Below are positions 8,936-18,929 of a DNA stretch of 64,000 nucleotides, in pieces (within the stretch, counting starts at the first letter, position 1; each line of letters begins with the position of its first letter). The stretch comes from a virus. The translations under genes were made by a program, and so were the position numbers. Below the pieces are notes generated by a model that saw nothing but the letters and a program-made list of their open reading frames with translations, had not been told where the DNA came from and searched no databases. The stretch covers positions 1 to 64,000 of IMG/VR virus record IMGVR_UViG_3300030110_002054. One strand, 5' to 3'.

Positions 8936-10042
8936 TCAATCATCCTCCGCTGTTCCGTCATAGTATCTACACCTTCCAGTGCAAACACCGTCGTGTATTA
9001 GGGTGCGACAAGTCGCTGGGATATACCCGTTGTTGCCACCACTACCCATAACTATGCTCTTGACTTGATGTCTAGTGACTGAGGGGTTGAAGTCAACCCA
9101 CTCCTGCGCCTCTATGATATCGACAATCTGGTTTACATGGCTCTGCTTCTCCTCTAATGAAGGGTACTCAGGTGGGAAGAACCATCTCAATCTACCTGCT
9201 AGATATGATGCGAAGTGAACCCTAGCCTTGTGTGTGGGGTTACCACCACCCATCGCTGACTGTGCTAGGCATGGTAGAATAATCATATTGTCAATGGCAA
9301 GTTCAGGTAAGTCGATGTTCTTGTACTCCTTACCCTTGAACTTCTTACTTCTCTTTTTGATTTGTAGTTTGACAGTCTCAGTGCCGTGCTTGATAAAACC
9401 AGAACGTGACTCTTGTGACATTTCTATGAGGTCATCATGGTTGCACGTCATCACTTCATGGGAAGTAAGAGGGATTGTCCAGCAGCCTCTTCTGCTGTTG
9501 TAGGAGTTAGGTATCCTAATCATACCAGCAGTATCGAAGGCAACAGTGGGGTCGTTGCAGTACAAGTCTAACTTCTTGTGCCAGTCAGAGAGGAGGACTC
9601 TTCCTGCTTCCTTGACCATGGCAACGTCGTATCCTGTGGAGGGTGTGTGGGTCTTGCTAAGTGGTATCCAAAAATGAAAACCACCACCACTAAACCAAAT
9701 ATAGTGGATTTTGTTGCTGCTTTTTAAGTGGGTGTGGAGTGTACGCACTTGCTCTTGCATCTCGTCAAACGGCACATCCTCACCTTTCTTCCTGAAGTTC
9801 TTGCAATCAAAGTCACACACGAAGTGTCTGATGATTGGCGTGTTGTAGTCAACCCTGTGGTTTCGAGGTGGGGTCAGGCTTCTGTATCCATACGCAGTGA
9901 AGTATACATTGCCACTCCCGTTCTTTCCTCTCCAATAACTCTCAAGTTCCTCGGAGTTCTTCACCAGTCTCCTGAAACCCTTGTTACCATCAGAGTTCAA
10001 TTCAAGAACTTCTCTTGGGAAGTCCAGTGTGATGAAACTCAT
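8936..10042 (-). CDS. Archaeo-eukaryotic primase with fused PriL-like Cys-containing C-terminal domain
   Basis: DFD, SGGGFH and IRIPNS AEP motifs. C-terminal LPC...H.AR...C......C...C resembles the PriL Fe-S domain. Confidence 0.85.
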   Translation of the reverse strand: MSFITLDFPREVLELNSDGNKGFRRLVKNSEELESYWRGKNGSGNVYFTAYGYRSLTPPRNHRVDYNTPIIRHFVCDFDCKNFRKKGEDVPFDEMQEQVRTLHTHLKSSNKIHYIWFSGGGFHFWIPLSKTHTPSTGYDVAMVKEAGRVLLSDWHKKLDLYCNDPTVAFDTAGMIRIPNSYNSRRGCWTIPLTSHEVMTCNHDDLIEMSQESRSGFIKHGTETVKLQIKKRSKKFKGKEYKNIDLPELAIDNMIILPCLAQSAMGGGNPTHKARVHFASYLAGRLRWFFPPEYPSLEEKQSHVNQIVDIIEAQEWVDFNPSVTRHQVKSIVMGSGGNNGYIPATCRTLIHDGVCTGRCRYYDGTAEDD

Positions 10043-10043
10043 C

Positions 10044-10376
10044 CTAATCCTTCTGCCTTAGGTGTTCCATTTTTACTTCCACGTCATCAATCATGTCACT
10101 AACGATACCCCCAATGTCAGGATTGTTCAGTAGAGTCTTGCTGATTGCTATGTCTAGATAGTCATGCTTCTCACCCTCAGGTGGTTGTACTCCTATGTCA
10201 CCATACTCGTGTAGTGTAGTTTGTCTGCTTAATGCGATAGTATAGTGCTCTCTACCTATCATCTTCATACTGACATTCACATTCATGTATGGTACTAATC
10301 TAGACACTACCCCTGTCAAGACTTTCTCTAGCATTCTCTGGCAATTTCTTCTCTCTTCATTATCTTCTCTGTTCAT
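10044..10376 (-). CDS. Hypothetical protein (start MNREDN)
   Basis: GGAG upstream and ATGA overlap with the upstream gene. Confidence 0.6.
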   Translation of the reverse strand: MNREDNEERRNCQRMLEKVLTGVVSRLVPYMNVNVSMKMIGREHYTIALSRQTTLHEYGDIGVQPPEGEKHDYLDIAISKTLLNNPDIGGIVSDMIDDVEVKMEHLRQKD

Positions 10377-11350
10377 TCTAACTCCTCCAATGTCCACGCA
10401 GGACAGATATCGAGAAAGTCGCACCAAGAGCACTTAAACTCGTTTCTGCTTGCGGGAAATGACTTATCCAAGTGGGCCTTGACTAACTTCTTCAGCCTAC
10501 GCTCCACTACTGCTGGGGTGTTTCTAGCACTTCTGTCATTGACAGACTGGTAATCCCAGTGCTTACCATCGCCTTGATTGATGTTTCCACCGGGGAACTC
10601 CCATCCCCAGTGTGTGATGGGAAGGAACTCACCATGCGGGCTGTTCTCTAGCATCATCTTGTAGAACTGCATCTCTGCTCTCATGTCAGATGACTTCCTA
10701 GTCTTCCACTTGCCGGTCTTCAATTCCATCAATGCGAAACCTCCCTCACCATCTTCAAATATCCTATCAATGAAACCTTTCATATGAATAGGCACATTTA
10801 CAATCTCACCATCATCCATCTTTATCTCTACTATTCTGCTACCATGTACTTCTGCCTCATTACCAGCGGGAAACCAATTCTCCCCCTCACAGGCTAGCAG
10901 TCTATTGAATTGCCAATCGACCCAAGCAGTAATCTGCTCAGGCTCACCATACTGATATGGTTCAGGCGGTGTGGGTATGACAGAGTGCATCAAGTTCCTT
11001 GCCTTCTCTATCTCTTCCTTACCTATAAGTTCCATGACCTCATCATAGTGGTCGTACATCTTCTCAAAGAAGTATTCAGTAAAGTCGTGAACATTAGTCC
11101 CTCTAATGTGGTGGTCTTTCTCTTCAGTTGGGAGTTTCATAATGTTCTGAAACTCATACTGCTTTGCACAGAAGCCGAACGTACCTAGACTACTCTTAGT
11201 CACTCTAAGTATTTGCTCTACACCATCAACCACCATACCGGGCTGCCAAGCGTATGTACTCTTATTGTATGACTCAAGCAGGTCATCGAAGGGATAGTCA
11301 TCCCTCTCGGTCCTGTCTATCTTTATGTCCTCATTGGGATTGTACCTCAT
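10373..11350 (-). CDS. Cas4-like / RecB-type PD-(D/E)xK exonuclease
   Basis: S.L..F..C, G...H, GFIDR, MELKTG and QFY motifs, plus C-terminal CSWCDFLDIC (4-Cys cluster). Start revised to MRYNPN. Confidence 0.85.
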   Translation of the reverse strand: MRYNPNEDIKIDRTERDDYPFDDLLESYNKSTYAWQPGMVVDGVEQILRVTKSSLGTFGFCAKQYEFQNIMKLPTEEKDHHIRGTNVHDFTEYFFEKMYDHYDEVMELIGKEEIEKARNLMHSVIPTPPEPYQYGEPEQITAWVDWQFNRLLACEGENWFPAGNEAEVHGSRIVEIKMDDGEIVNVPIHMKGFIDRIFEDGEGGFALMELKTGKWKTRKSSDMRAEMQFYKMMLENSPHGEFLPITHWGWEFPGGNINQGDGKHWDYQSVNDRSARNTPAVVERRLKKLVKAHLDKSFPASRNEFKCSWCDFLDICPAWTLEELE

Positions 11351-11475
11351 TCTCCACACCCCTCGCATCTGAATTGTGAGAATGGTTTTTGACAGTTGGG
11401 GCACATAGGTATGCCTTTCACCATGTGTGTGGTAGTGAGTCCTTGCCATCCGCAGTTGCATTTCGATATCATCAT
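11347..11475 (-). CDS. Cys-rich microprotein (42 aa, not in ORF track)
   Basis: MMISKCNCGW...MCPNCQKPFSQFRCEGCGE. ATGA overlaps on both sides. Confidence 0.55.
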   Translation of the reverse strand: MMISKCNCGWQGLTTTHMVKGIPMCPNCQKPFSQFRCEGCGE

Positions 11476-11600
11476 ATCCACCCGAATAGTTTCGCTAGTA
11501 CTAGCACTGAGAGTATGGTATTCACAGTAGCCGCTATCGTTCGATATAGGGCCAACTCACCGAAGTGCTTCTGACTCCATTTCTCTACTTCATCACTCAT
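11472..11600 (-). CDS. Small membrane protein (42 aa, not in ORF track)
   Basis: MSDEVEKW...TIAATVNTILSVLVLAKLFGWI with a hydrophobic C-terminus. Fills the operon gap exactly. Confidence 0.5.
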   Translation of the reverse strand: MSDEVEKWSQKHFGELALYRTIAATVNTILSVLVLAKLFGWI

Positions 11601-11946
11601 CGTCTTCCCCCTGTGAAATATACTCAACTGATGCATTACATGAAGAACATTGTAAGTGTGTCACTATACCTTCTTCATCCATCAAGTCTTCTTTATCATG
11701 GTCTGCTTGCCAGATTAGTTTACCACCGCACCACCAACAGACATCTCTTCTGGGGTGAGCACTCTCTGTCTCTATCTCTATCAGTTTCTGCAAGTACACA
11801 GTCGCATCCATCAACTCTTCGGATAAGTGAACCATCCACTCTAACTTAGAAAGGGGAGCAGTCTCCATAGTCACTCCATACTTCTCCTTGCCTACTGCCG
11901 CTCTTGCCTGTATCTTCTTACATACCTCATCTTCTATTCTACTCAT
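11593..11946 (-). CDS. All-helical MazG/NTP-pyrophosphatase-like protein with C-terminal Zn ribbon
   Basis: G.EKYG...EW..H..EELMDA.VY pattern common in phage proteins. Also CWWC...CSSC. Confidence 0.5.
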   Translation of the reverse strand: MSRIEDEVCKKIQARAAVGKEKYGVTMETAPLSKLEWMVHLSEELMDATVYLQKLIEIETESAHPRRDVCWWCGGKLIWQADHDKEDLMDEEGIVTHLQCSSCNASVEYISQGEDDE

Positions 11947-12074
11947 TTGTATTTCATCTCCCTTATTTCTTTTTGATACCATTTCTTTGCACAGTAGTCA
12001 CAGAGTCCAAGTGTCTTGCCGAATGTACCCTCCATCTTTTCACCACACTTTGAACAATACTCATACTCAGCCAT
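11943..12074 (-). CDS. Zinc-finger microprotein (43 aa, not in ORF track)
   Basis: MAEYEYCSKCGE...LCDYCAKK. Coupled to the PolB stop. Confidence 0.5.
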   Translation of the reverse strand: MAEYEYCSKCGEKMEGTFGKTLGLCDYCAKKWYQKEIREMKYK

Positions 12075-14455
12075 CACCACTCCTCCGGTAGACTACCTGA
12101 TAGAGAGTCTAACTTCCATTCCATAGTGCTGTACACTGACTCTAGTTTCTTGTGTATCATCTTCTCTGTGATTGTCTCGTAATCAATGTCGAACTCATCT
12201 ATCTCAGACGGGTCTCTGAATGCAACTACCTCTGCCCACATTGACTTCCTCTTACTGAACTCAATTTGGTTAGGCATTGATTCAGGAGTTCTGGATATGT
12301 ATACCCACTGTGCTCCGTCTCCGGGTTTGAATGGCTCATCAGGCTGCATGTTATCATTGTAGTACTTCGCTGCTCTAACAGCCATTGGTACTACTGTTGT
12401 GTATTGATGGAATGGTTTCTTGACTCTACCGAAGGTAGCCACATCCTCTATGTTCACAGTGCCATCTCTCAGAGATTTGACTATGGGTCTGATTGCTGCG
12501 TTGACCTCATCCTCAGAAGCACCTGTTCCTATCAGATTGAATGCTATGTCTTGCACCTTCTTAGTGATAGGAGCAGAGTTAGCGGCTTTCAACTCAAACC
12601 CTGTTACCTTCATCTTACCACTCTCAGACTCAGGCCATGTCTTGATACCGAAGTATCTGTTCTTAGTTCTCGTGCATATCCAGAAATCAAAGTAGGCCTC
12701 TAACTCCACATCAAGATAAGGCATGTCTAACTTCTTCTGTGCAGACTCAGTGAGTCTCTCCGCTAGTGCCTCAGCCTCATCGAGGGGAACTTGTATGAAT
12801 GCGGAATCAGTGTGACCATACAAGGCGTTGTAACCCATCTGCTCACTTTCCGACATTAGGAACTTGATGCTCTCCCTACCTCTGTAGGTGATGGTCTTAC
12901 CAATATCTAAGTCAGACCACATACCCCCTATCTTTCGCATGGATACCATACCATAGAGAGCGTTGACTGCAACCTTAGTAGCAGTCTGTAACATATCATA
13001 TCCCAGTCTCTCATCTGGGTCAGTCGCTTCGTACATCTTCTTCTTGTACTCCTTCCTTAGAGCCAGCATCTCGACAACGACGCTAGGTAGAAGGCCTTGT
13101 TTGGTTTGCTCCCAGTGTGTACCATTACCCACTGTCTTTATTCCCTCTCCACCATGTCCCCTCTTGGTCTCCCATGATAGGTTATCACTGAGAATGATGT
13201 TAGGATAAAGTGATGCATAGTCAAAGAGACCTACACCCTCGTGCCTACCATGTTTAGGGTCTGGTATGAAAGCAGCCTGTAGTTCCTCTCTTGAGTTGGC
13301 CCTACCTGATGGTGCTTTCTTGTCTGTCCTTCGTGCAATCAATCCCCTGAAGTATCTGGTCACCTTGTTGGTGCTTGGGAAAGCCACGCCACACAACTGC
13401 TGCATGGCTAGGTGAAAGTCGATTGCGTGTAGTTTCTCATCAACGTCTCTGAGTAGAGTGGTATCCACCAGACAGTAGTCAACGAACTCATCGAAGTACT
13501 CTCTCCAACCATTATGCACGGTCATCCCCTCTATCCTGTTAGTGAGTTTCTCACCCAGTTCCAGTCTCTGTGCCACCCAGTCTAGTTTCCTACTAGACAT
13601 CTGTCCCCTTCCTGACTTCTGCCAGATAGACTCGAAACCACTACCAGTCATACCACGTGCCGCACTGTCGTATACCAGACGACCCCTCAGGGGTTGAGCA
13701 GTGTCATCATAGAATCCTTGACCACCCTCTCTCAGGGGAGTCATGTAATGCAGAGGGCTTAGTCTGTTCATGTCCTCTAGCCTTCTAACCAAGTGTGGAA
13801 GGTCAGCCCAATTCCCAGCGTGTGCTACCAGTATGTCTGGGTTGCAGGTATCTAGGTACTGAAGGAAGCCCTCGTGCATCGCTGCCTCGCTCCCGTACAG
13901 ATGCAACACATAACCACCGTGTCTGTCTATCCAATCAGTCGAGAAGTAATCCACTCCTTCCTTCCATGCGAATACCACAGGATGGTCTTCAAAGGTATCA
14001 ACCACAGCCATGACCGTGGTGAAGTCCTCTTTGACATCCCACTCCAAGTCATAGTACCATATGCGTGGAATGAACTCAGGTATCCCGTCTGGATATCTGT
14101 TGATGATGTATTGGTCTCTGTAGTCTAGGTCAGCCTCATAGGTGTCTATTCTATCCTTGATGTTCCATAGGTTATCTGGTGAGGTGGTTGTCATCTTGAT
14201 GAGTAGTACACCATCAATACCCTCAGCCTCTTCATCGAAGTGGAACTCAGTGCCTTGGAAGTCTGCACACACCCTTGACTGTAATCTTGGATTGATGTCC
14301 TTCCTGACCCAGCAGAACGGTTTGATGTAATCATCATCCTCGGCTGTGATTATCCTCTCCTTCAATACACCATCCGCACCTCTCGTGCGTTCGTATATGT
14401 GAGGCAACTCAGTCCTATCGAAGTCAGGGTGAAACCAATCCACTATCATGCTCAT
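12074..14455 (-). CDS. polB: Family B DNA polymerase
   Basis: Exo I YYDLE, Exo III YCLVD, motif A DYASLYP, motif B KVAVNALYG, motif C YGHTDS, and KNRY. Confidence 0.97.
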   Translation of the reverse strand: MSMIVDWFHPDFDRTELPHIYERTRGADGVLKERIITAEDDDYIKPFCWVRKDINPRLQSRVCADFQGTEFHFDEEAEGIDGVLLIKMTTTSPDNLWNIKDRIDTYEADLDYRDQYIINRYPDGIPEFIPRIWYYDLEWDVKEDFTTVMAVVDTFEDHPVVFAWKEGVDYFSTDWIDRHGGYVLHLYGSEAAMHEGFLQYLDTCNPDILVAHAGNWADLPHLVRRLEDMNRLSPLHYMTPLREGGQGFYDDTAQPLRGRLVYDSAARGMTGSGFESIWQKSGRGQMSSRKLDWVAQRLELGEKLTNRIEGMTVHNGWREYFDEFVDYCLVDTTLLRDVDEKLHAIDFHLAMQQLCGVAFPSTNKVTRYFRGLIARRTDKKAPSGRANSREELQAAFIPDPKHGRHEGVGLFDYASLYPNIILSDNLSWETKRGHGGEGIKTVGNGTHWEQTKQGLLPSVVVEMLALRKEYKKKMYEATDPDERLGYDMLQTATKVAVNALYGMVSMRKIGGMWSDLDIGKTITYRGRESIKFLMSESEQMGYNALYGHTDSAFIQVPLDEAEALAERLTESAQKKLDMPYLDVELEAYFDFWICTRTKNRYFGIKTWPESESGKMKVTGFELKAANSAPITKKVQDIAFNLIGTGASEDEVNAAIRPIVKSLRDGTVNIEDVATFGRVKKPFHQYTTVVPMAVRAAKYYNDNMQPDEPFKPGDGAQWVYISRTPESMPNQIEFSKRKSMWAEVVAFRDPSEIDEFDIDYETITEKMIHKKLESVYSTMEWKLDSLSGSLPEEW

Positions 14456-15201
14456 GCCTCGTTCTTAATAACGAGGAAACTGTCATCTTGTTGAATGAAC
14501 AAGAAGGTGCTTTCCCCCATATGCAAAACGGCACTCCCCTCTTCTAGAAGGGATGTACAGTCCATCAGCCACTTCCCGAACTTAGACTCAAATCTCTGGT
14601 TCGGGCCTTCTGCATCTGTCAATTCAATGTCGATTGTCAATTGCATAGTGCCTTGTTTGCCTGCCCTGAGGAAGAACTCATTCTCCTCTGGGTGTAATGA
14701 TATCATGAAGTTAGGATATGCGAAGAAGTTCTTGAAACTAGATACCGACTTCAGGTTGGTTATGTCTATCGTTCCGTGAGCCTCTAACTGCTTGTCCTTG
14801 TATGTGGTGAACATGCTCTTCTCCGTCTGCCTGAGAATCTTCTCAACGAACGGGACTTTGGAATAACTGTTGATGCTACTCATGGTGGGCACTTTCAGTG
14901 TCATTGAATCACACTTCACTGTCAGTTGCTTCCCCATGTCCTGTTGGGTGAACACCACCTTAGCACCCTTGGCCTTCTTACAGAACTGTATCACTTTCTT
15001 CAGGTCTGATATACCTAGGTTGCCCTCGCTCTTGACATCATCATGTGGTACTAACATGTGCCTGCGTAGGTAATGTGTGTCGTATGCGATAGTACCAGTT
15101 AACCTAGCACCCGCTACCATCACCAACAGGTCTTCCACATTCTCACCGAACGATGAGAGGAAGGCTAACGCCTTCTTCCTATCAAGAGTCACGTGTGTCA
15201 T
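14452..15201 (-). CDS. DNA sliding clamp (PCNA-like), divergent
   Basis: About 250 aa with an alternating beta/alpha pattern. Next to PolB and near RFC. Assigned mainly from context. Confidence 0.55.
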   Translation of the reverse strand: MTHVTLDRKKALAFLSSFGENVEDLLVMVAGARLTGTIAYDTHYLRRHMLVPHDDVKSEGNLGISDLKKVIQFCKKAKGAKVVFTQQDMGKQLTVKCDSMTLKVPTMSSINSYSKVPFVEKILRQTEKSMFTTYKDKQLEAHGTIDITNLKSVSSFKNFFAYPNFMISLHPEENEFFLRAGKQGTMQLTIDIELTDAEGPNQRFESKFGKWLMDCTSLLEEGSAVLHMGESTFLFIQQDDSFLVIKNEA

Positions 15202-15202
15202 A

Positions 15203-16210
15203 TCACAGACTTCCGTCGTATAGTTCAGGTAATCCTAAGAAGACAGCAGGCTTTCCCACTTCAGTCACTAAGACTGTCCTCTTCTGTCCCTGTAGTTGTG
15301 CGTTAGTCTTACACTTATCGAACGTAGCAGTGTACTCGCTCTTGAGTAGTTTACCTGTCTCATCATCATAGGTGTCTTCTCTGTTCATGGTGATAATCTG
15401 GAACACGAAGTTGTTGCTAGCCTTCTCCCAGTCTGGTCTCCACTTGGCTGCTTCCTCGTTCTTACCGAAGGAGTAATTGGTCAGCCTGAGATGTGTCTCC
15501 CAGAAGATGCGTACACCTTGCTTGACCAGTCCCTTGCACACGGCAGTCAACTGGTGGAAACGAGTCTTACGAATAGCCCAGTCCCATTGGTGTCCTACCT
15601 TGACGTTCCAGTCAGCACTGTCAATACCATCCTTAGCCAGATTCAAATCAACGATACGCATGTTGTTTACACACACGCTGTCCCACAAATCCACACCAGT
15701 GATGTGCACTCCCCATAGTCGAGGCCCATCATAGTCAGGTGCGTTCTGGTCCTTCGCTCTCTGCAAGGCGAACTGCATAATCTTCATGACACGGTTGTGA
15801 GTCTCTGGATAATCATAAGCAGTCCTATCATTGGTCTGCATGACCCAAGTATCCCAACACCTAATGCGGTCATTGTCTGGATAGAAGGCACTCGCTGATG
15901 CTGAACCTCCACCATCAAAGTCTAGAATCTCAAGGGTATCTCCCCTCTTGGTTGCTTCCTCGTCTTTGGTGAATGCGTCAAGCACGATGGCCGACTTACC
16001 AGTGTTCTCGTGTCCAGCAATACCCACGAACATGTGAGTCTTAGGCCTGTTCTGATGCAGGTTAGTCAACTCAGCCCTCAAGTCTGCGAAGGCATCAGCC
16101 TTCTGAGTCATGGGCTTCTTTGCCTGTTGCATCGGCTGCGGTGTGTTCTGTAGTTCTAGTGGTGTGTCTTTCGACGCTTCCATCTGCTTTGCTTTACCGA
16201 AACCGGCCAT
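15203..16210 (-). CDS. RecA-superfamily P-loop ATPase (RadA/Sak4/AAA_24-like recombinase)
   Basis: Walker A GHENTGKS, ILDFDGG, IFWETH and FDKCK pattern. Confidence 0.65.
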   Translation of the reverse strand: MAGFGKAKQMEASKDTPLELQNTPQPMQQAKKPMTQKADAFADLRAELTNLHQNRPKTHMFVGIAGHENTGKSAIVLDAFTKDEEATKRGDTLEILDFDGGGSASASAFYPDNDRIRCWDTWVMQTNDRTAYDYPETHNRVMKIMQFALQRAKDQNAPDYDGPRLWGVHITGVDLWDSVCVNNMRIVDLNLAKDGIDSADWNVKVGHQWDWAIRKTRFHQLTAVCKGLVKQGVRIFWETHLRLTNYSFGKNEEAAKWRPDWEKASNNFVFQIITMNREDTYDDETGKLLKSEYTATFDKCKTNAQLQGQKRTVLVTEVGKPAVFLGLPELYDGSL

Positions 16211-16467
16211 CAGTCCTCACTTTCCTCTTGCTGCTGTGGACCTTGTATCTCAAGCAAGTCTCTCTGTAGTTGTTGGAGACTTACATTGACACCGTTCACG
16301 AATGTCTCTAGAAGCCTGATAATAATCAGTCTGTTAGCAGATTGTGCTTGTATCTGCTGTGCTGCTTCAGAGATTCTCTGTGCTTCGGCTGTCACCTGAG
16401 CCAACTGTTCTTTCAGTTCTGCGTTCATCGTTTCTACTTCTTTCTTACTCATTTTCTTTTCAGTCAT
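16210..16467 (-). CDS. Coiled-coil hypothetical protein
   Basis: Q/E/L-rich heptads. Coupled to neighbours. Confidence 0.6.
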   Translation of the reverse strand: MTEKKMSKKEVETMNAELKEQLAQVTAEAQRISEAAQQIQAQSANRLIIIRLLETFVNGVNVSLQQLQRDLLEIQGPQQQEESED

Positions 16468-16472
16468 TTATA

Positions 16473-17849
16473 TCACTCCTGTTTGTCTTCTTCGCCTTTC
16501 GACTTGGACTCTTCTCCTATGAACTGGGACATGTTGGTGTTACCACCCTGTGTCCTCTTTCGTATTCTTCTTGGGTCTGCGTAGATACCAAAGACATTCA
16601 TCTTAGGACTCTCCACACCATCCCTCACACTCATACCTATTCTTCCAATCACGATGATTGAAGACTTCTCAGCCCAAGGTATTTCCTCATCACCCTTTCT
16701 AGCGACGAATGGATTCGAGTTGTCATAGCATGCTCCGCTAATCCAACACGACACCTCTGCCTGTGGCTTCTCACCATATTGACTCTGTAGGGATATGTTG
16801 GTTAGATTGAGGCTGAAGTTTCTACCAGTCTCATCATACGCACTCTCCCTACCTTCTGTGGATAGTCTGCTCACACTGCCCTTTGTGAACACAATCGGGC
16901 CTGCTCTTCCAGTCTCACCGTTTATCTCGAAGGTTCTACTACCTGTAGCATAGGCATTGCCCAATGATTCAAGTGGTACATACAGTTGATGGAACAAGTC
17001 GGATGCTAGGAACTTGTGTGGGTGAAGGAACTTTACTTCATCCTCATCCACGAAGTCCGTAGTGTACTCGATGTTCTCATGGAATCCTATACCAGTGCCG
17101 AGCACATCCCTGAAGGCCTCTGCTGCATCTGGGTTAGGAGGTCTTACCTGTATTCTACATGGGTCTCCCACTTTCACATGCATGTCAGACGAATCACCTA
17201 GTGCATCGACTCTCCATAGTTTGATGTCCTTATCGAACTCATTCTCATGGTTGCCCAAGAAGTAGTAGTTCCTACCTAGCAACGAGGGATACATGGGTCG
17301 CCCTGTTGTCCTACCCATGAGACAGATGTACTTCCCGTCTATCCTGATACCCATTGAGGGTTCTTCTTCGATAGGGTCGTTCGTATCCACCACACCATTG
17401 GCAGTTCGTATAGCCCAGAAGTTGCCTTGCTCAAAGTACTCGCCAACGACACCGTTGTCTATGGCTTCCTTGTTGTTCATGGCATACTCTCTCGATGCTC
17501 TGCTGACCATACCGCCCCTGCGGTCTGTCTTCTTAGCATCCACACCTACGAAGCAACCTACGAATGGGACTGTGTTAGCCCCACCACCTACTGTACTTCT
17601 CCTCAACTGGATGAAGCACTGCTCTGCCCAGTCGATGAGTAAGTCCTCATCCTCTTCCATCCAGTCTTCGCATGCGTGTTCGCTCTCAATGAAAGAGAGG
17701 AAGTGCTTGATTACATCAGGCAACTTGTCTCCTGTTCTCTCTGCGTGCTTCTGCATGCGTTCTAGGACTCCTTCTGGCATAGCCAGTGGTGTGTCGCTTG
17801 CGTTCTCTGTTGTTGCGTCGTATTCATATTCATTGTTTTCTTCATTCAT
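16473..17849 (-). CDS. Putative ssDNA-binding (RPA/OB-fold-like) protein
   Basis: 458 aa, beta-rich with charged termini, between RFC and the recombinase. Function inferred from context. Confidence 0.4.
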   Translation of the reverse strand: MNEENNEYEYDATTENASDTPLAMPEGVLERMQKHAERTGDKLPDVIKHFLSFIESEHACEDWMEEDEDLLIDWAEQCFIQLRRSTVGGGANTVPFVGCFVGVDAKKTDRRGGMVSRASREYAMNNKEAIDNGVVGEYFEQGNFWAIRTANGVVDTNDPIEEEPSMGIRIDGKYICLMGRTTGRPMYPSLLGRNYYFLGNHENEFDKDIKLWRVDALGDSSDMHVKVGDPCRIQVRPPNPDAAEAFRDVLGTGIGFHENIEYTTDFVDEDEVKFLHPHKFLASDLFHQLYVPLESLGNAYATGSRTFEINGETGRAGPIVFTKGSVSRLSTEGRESAYDETGRNFSLNLTNISLQSQYGEKPQAEVSCWISGACYDNSNPFVARKGDEEIPWAEKSSIIVIGRIGMSVRDGVESPKMNVFGIYADPRRIRKRTQGGNTNMSQFIGEESKSKGEEDKQE

Positions 17850-17975
17850 GTTTCTTCATCTCCTTTATCTCATTAAGGACTGCCTTCATCGTTATGTTCA
17901 GGTTGTCTATGCTGACTTGTATGCCAAGTAGACCACCTTGTATCGTTCTATCTAGTTCTTCTATTACACCACTAT

Positions 17976-18929
17976 TCATTGTTTCACTTCCTTTCTTAAT
18001 CTCGCTACGAAGTAGTCGAGGAATGCTTGGTCGCTGTCAGGCCATTCGTATATGTGTGTCATCATATCACCGTATACAGATAGCACTGTCCAGACTTTAT
18101 CATCTTCATCCATGTTGAACAGGGATGATAGATTCTGATAGAAGGAACGCATCACGAAGAACCTGTCCCTTCCATTGGAAACTGCCTTGTGGAATTGAAT
18201 ACGCATGTCCATCCACTCGTCTGTCAAAGCAGACAGGGCGGCTTGGCTCGGCCCACTGAAGTCACTCACCCTGTCCTTCAGGGCATGCATGTCATGCATG
18301 TGTAGTGATTCCAACACACCTACTGCTGACCTCAAGTCCCCACCCATGTAGGTGACGAGCCTTGGGAAGTAGTCCTTCCACACATCGAGAACACGCTCAG
18401 GCACTCCACACTTCTGACACACGTTGGTCAGATGCTTCGCACCCTCTTCACTGTCAACTGCCTTGAACTTGTACACCACGCACCTGCTCTTGATGGCAGG
18501 TCGTATCTTGCTCTCATCATTGGCTGTGAATATGAATAGGCAGTTCTCAGTGCTGTTCTCTATAATCTGTCTCAGTGCATCCTGTGCAGCAGGAGTCAAA
18601 CCATCAGCCTCATCGAGAAGGATGACCTTCCTGTCTGCCATGTATGGGCTAGTCTGTGCTGCCTGCTTCAGGAACACACGAATGAACTCGATGCCCCTCT
18701 CATCACTGGCGTTGCACTCATAGTAATCACAGTCTATCGCTCTGTCTAGCATCTGTCTGGCAATCACACGAGCCGCTGTGGTCTTACCCACACCACTCTG
18801 ACCAACGAAGAGCAGGGAGTCTGGATAGGAGTCGTTCGCTTTCCAGTTCAAGGCATCCTTGGTGAATGCCTGCTGTCCCACTATGTCTTCAAACTCGGTG
18901 GGTCTACCAATCTCATTCCACGACTTCAT
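17976..18929 (-). CDS. rfcS: Replication factor C small subunit (clamp loader)
   Basis: RP..F.DIVGQ, GQSGVGKT, NASDERGI, LLDEAD, AQDAL, SRC and GDLR. Confidence 0.95.
   Translation of the reverse strand: MKSWNEIGRPTEFEDIVGQQAFTKDALNWKANDSYPDSLLFVGQSGVGKTTAARVIARQMLDRAIDCDYYECNASDERGIEFIRVFLKQAAQTSPYMADRKVILLDEADGLTPAAQDALRQIIENSTENCLFIFTANDESKIRPAIKSRCVVYKFKAVDSEEGAKHLTNVCQKCGVPERVLDVWKDYFPRLVTYMGGDLRSAVGVLESLHMHDMHALKDRVSDFSGPSQAALSALTDEWMDMRIQFHKAVSNGRDRFFVMRSFYQNLSSLFNMDEDDKVWTVLSVYGDMMTHIYEWPDSDQAFLDYFVARLRKEVKQ

Noticed and set aside
10373-11350. Cas4 as evidence of a CRISPR-Cas system
   Set aside because: It is a solo Cas4-like nuclease in a replication cluster, which is common in archaeal viruses.
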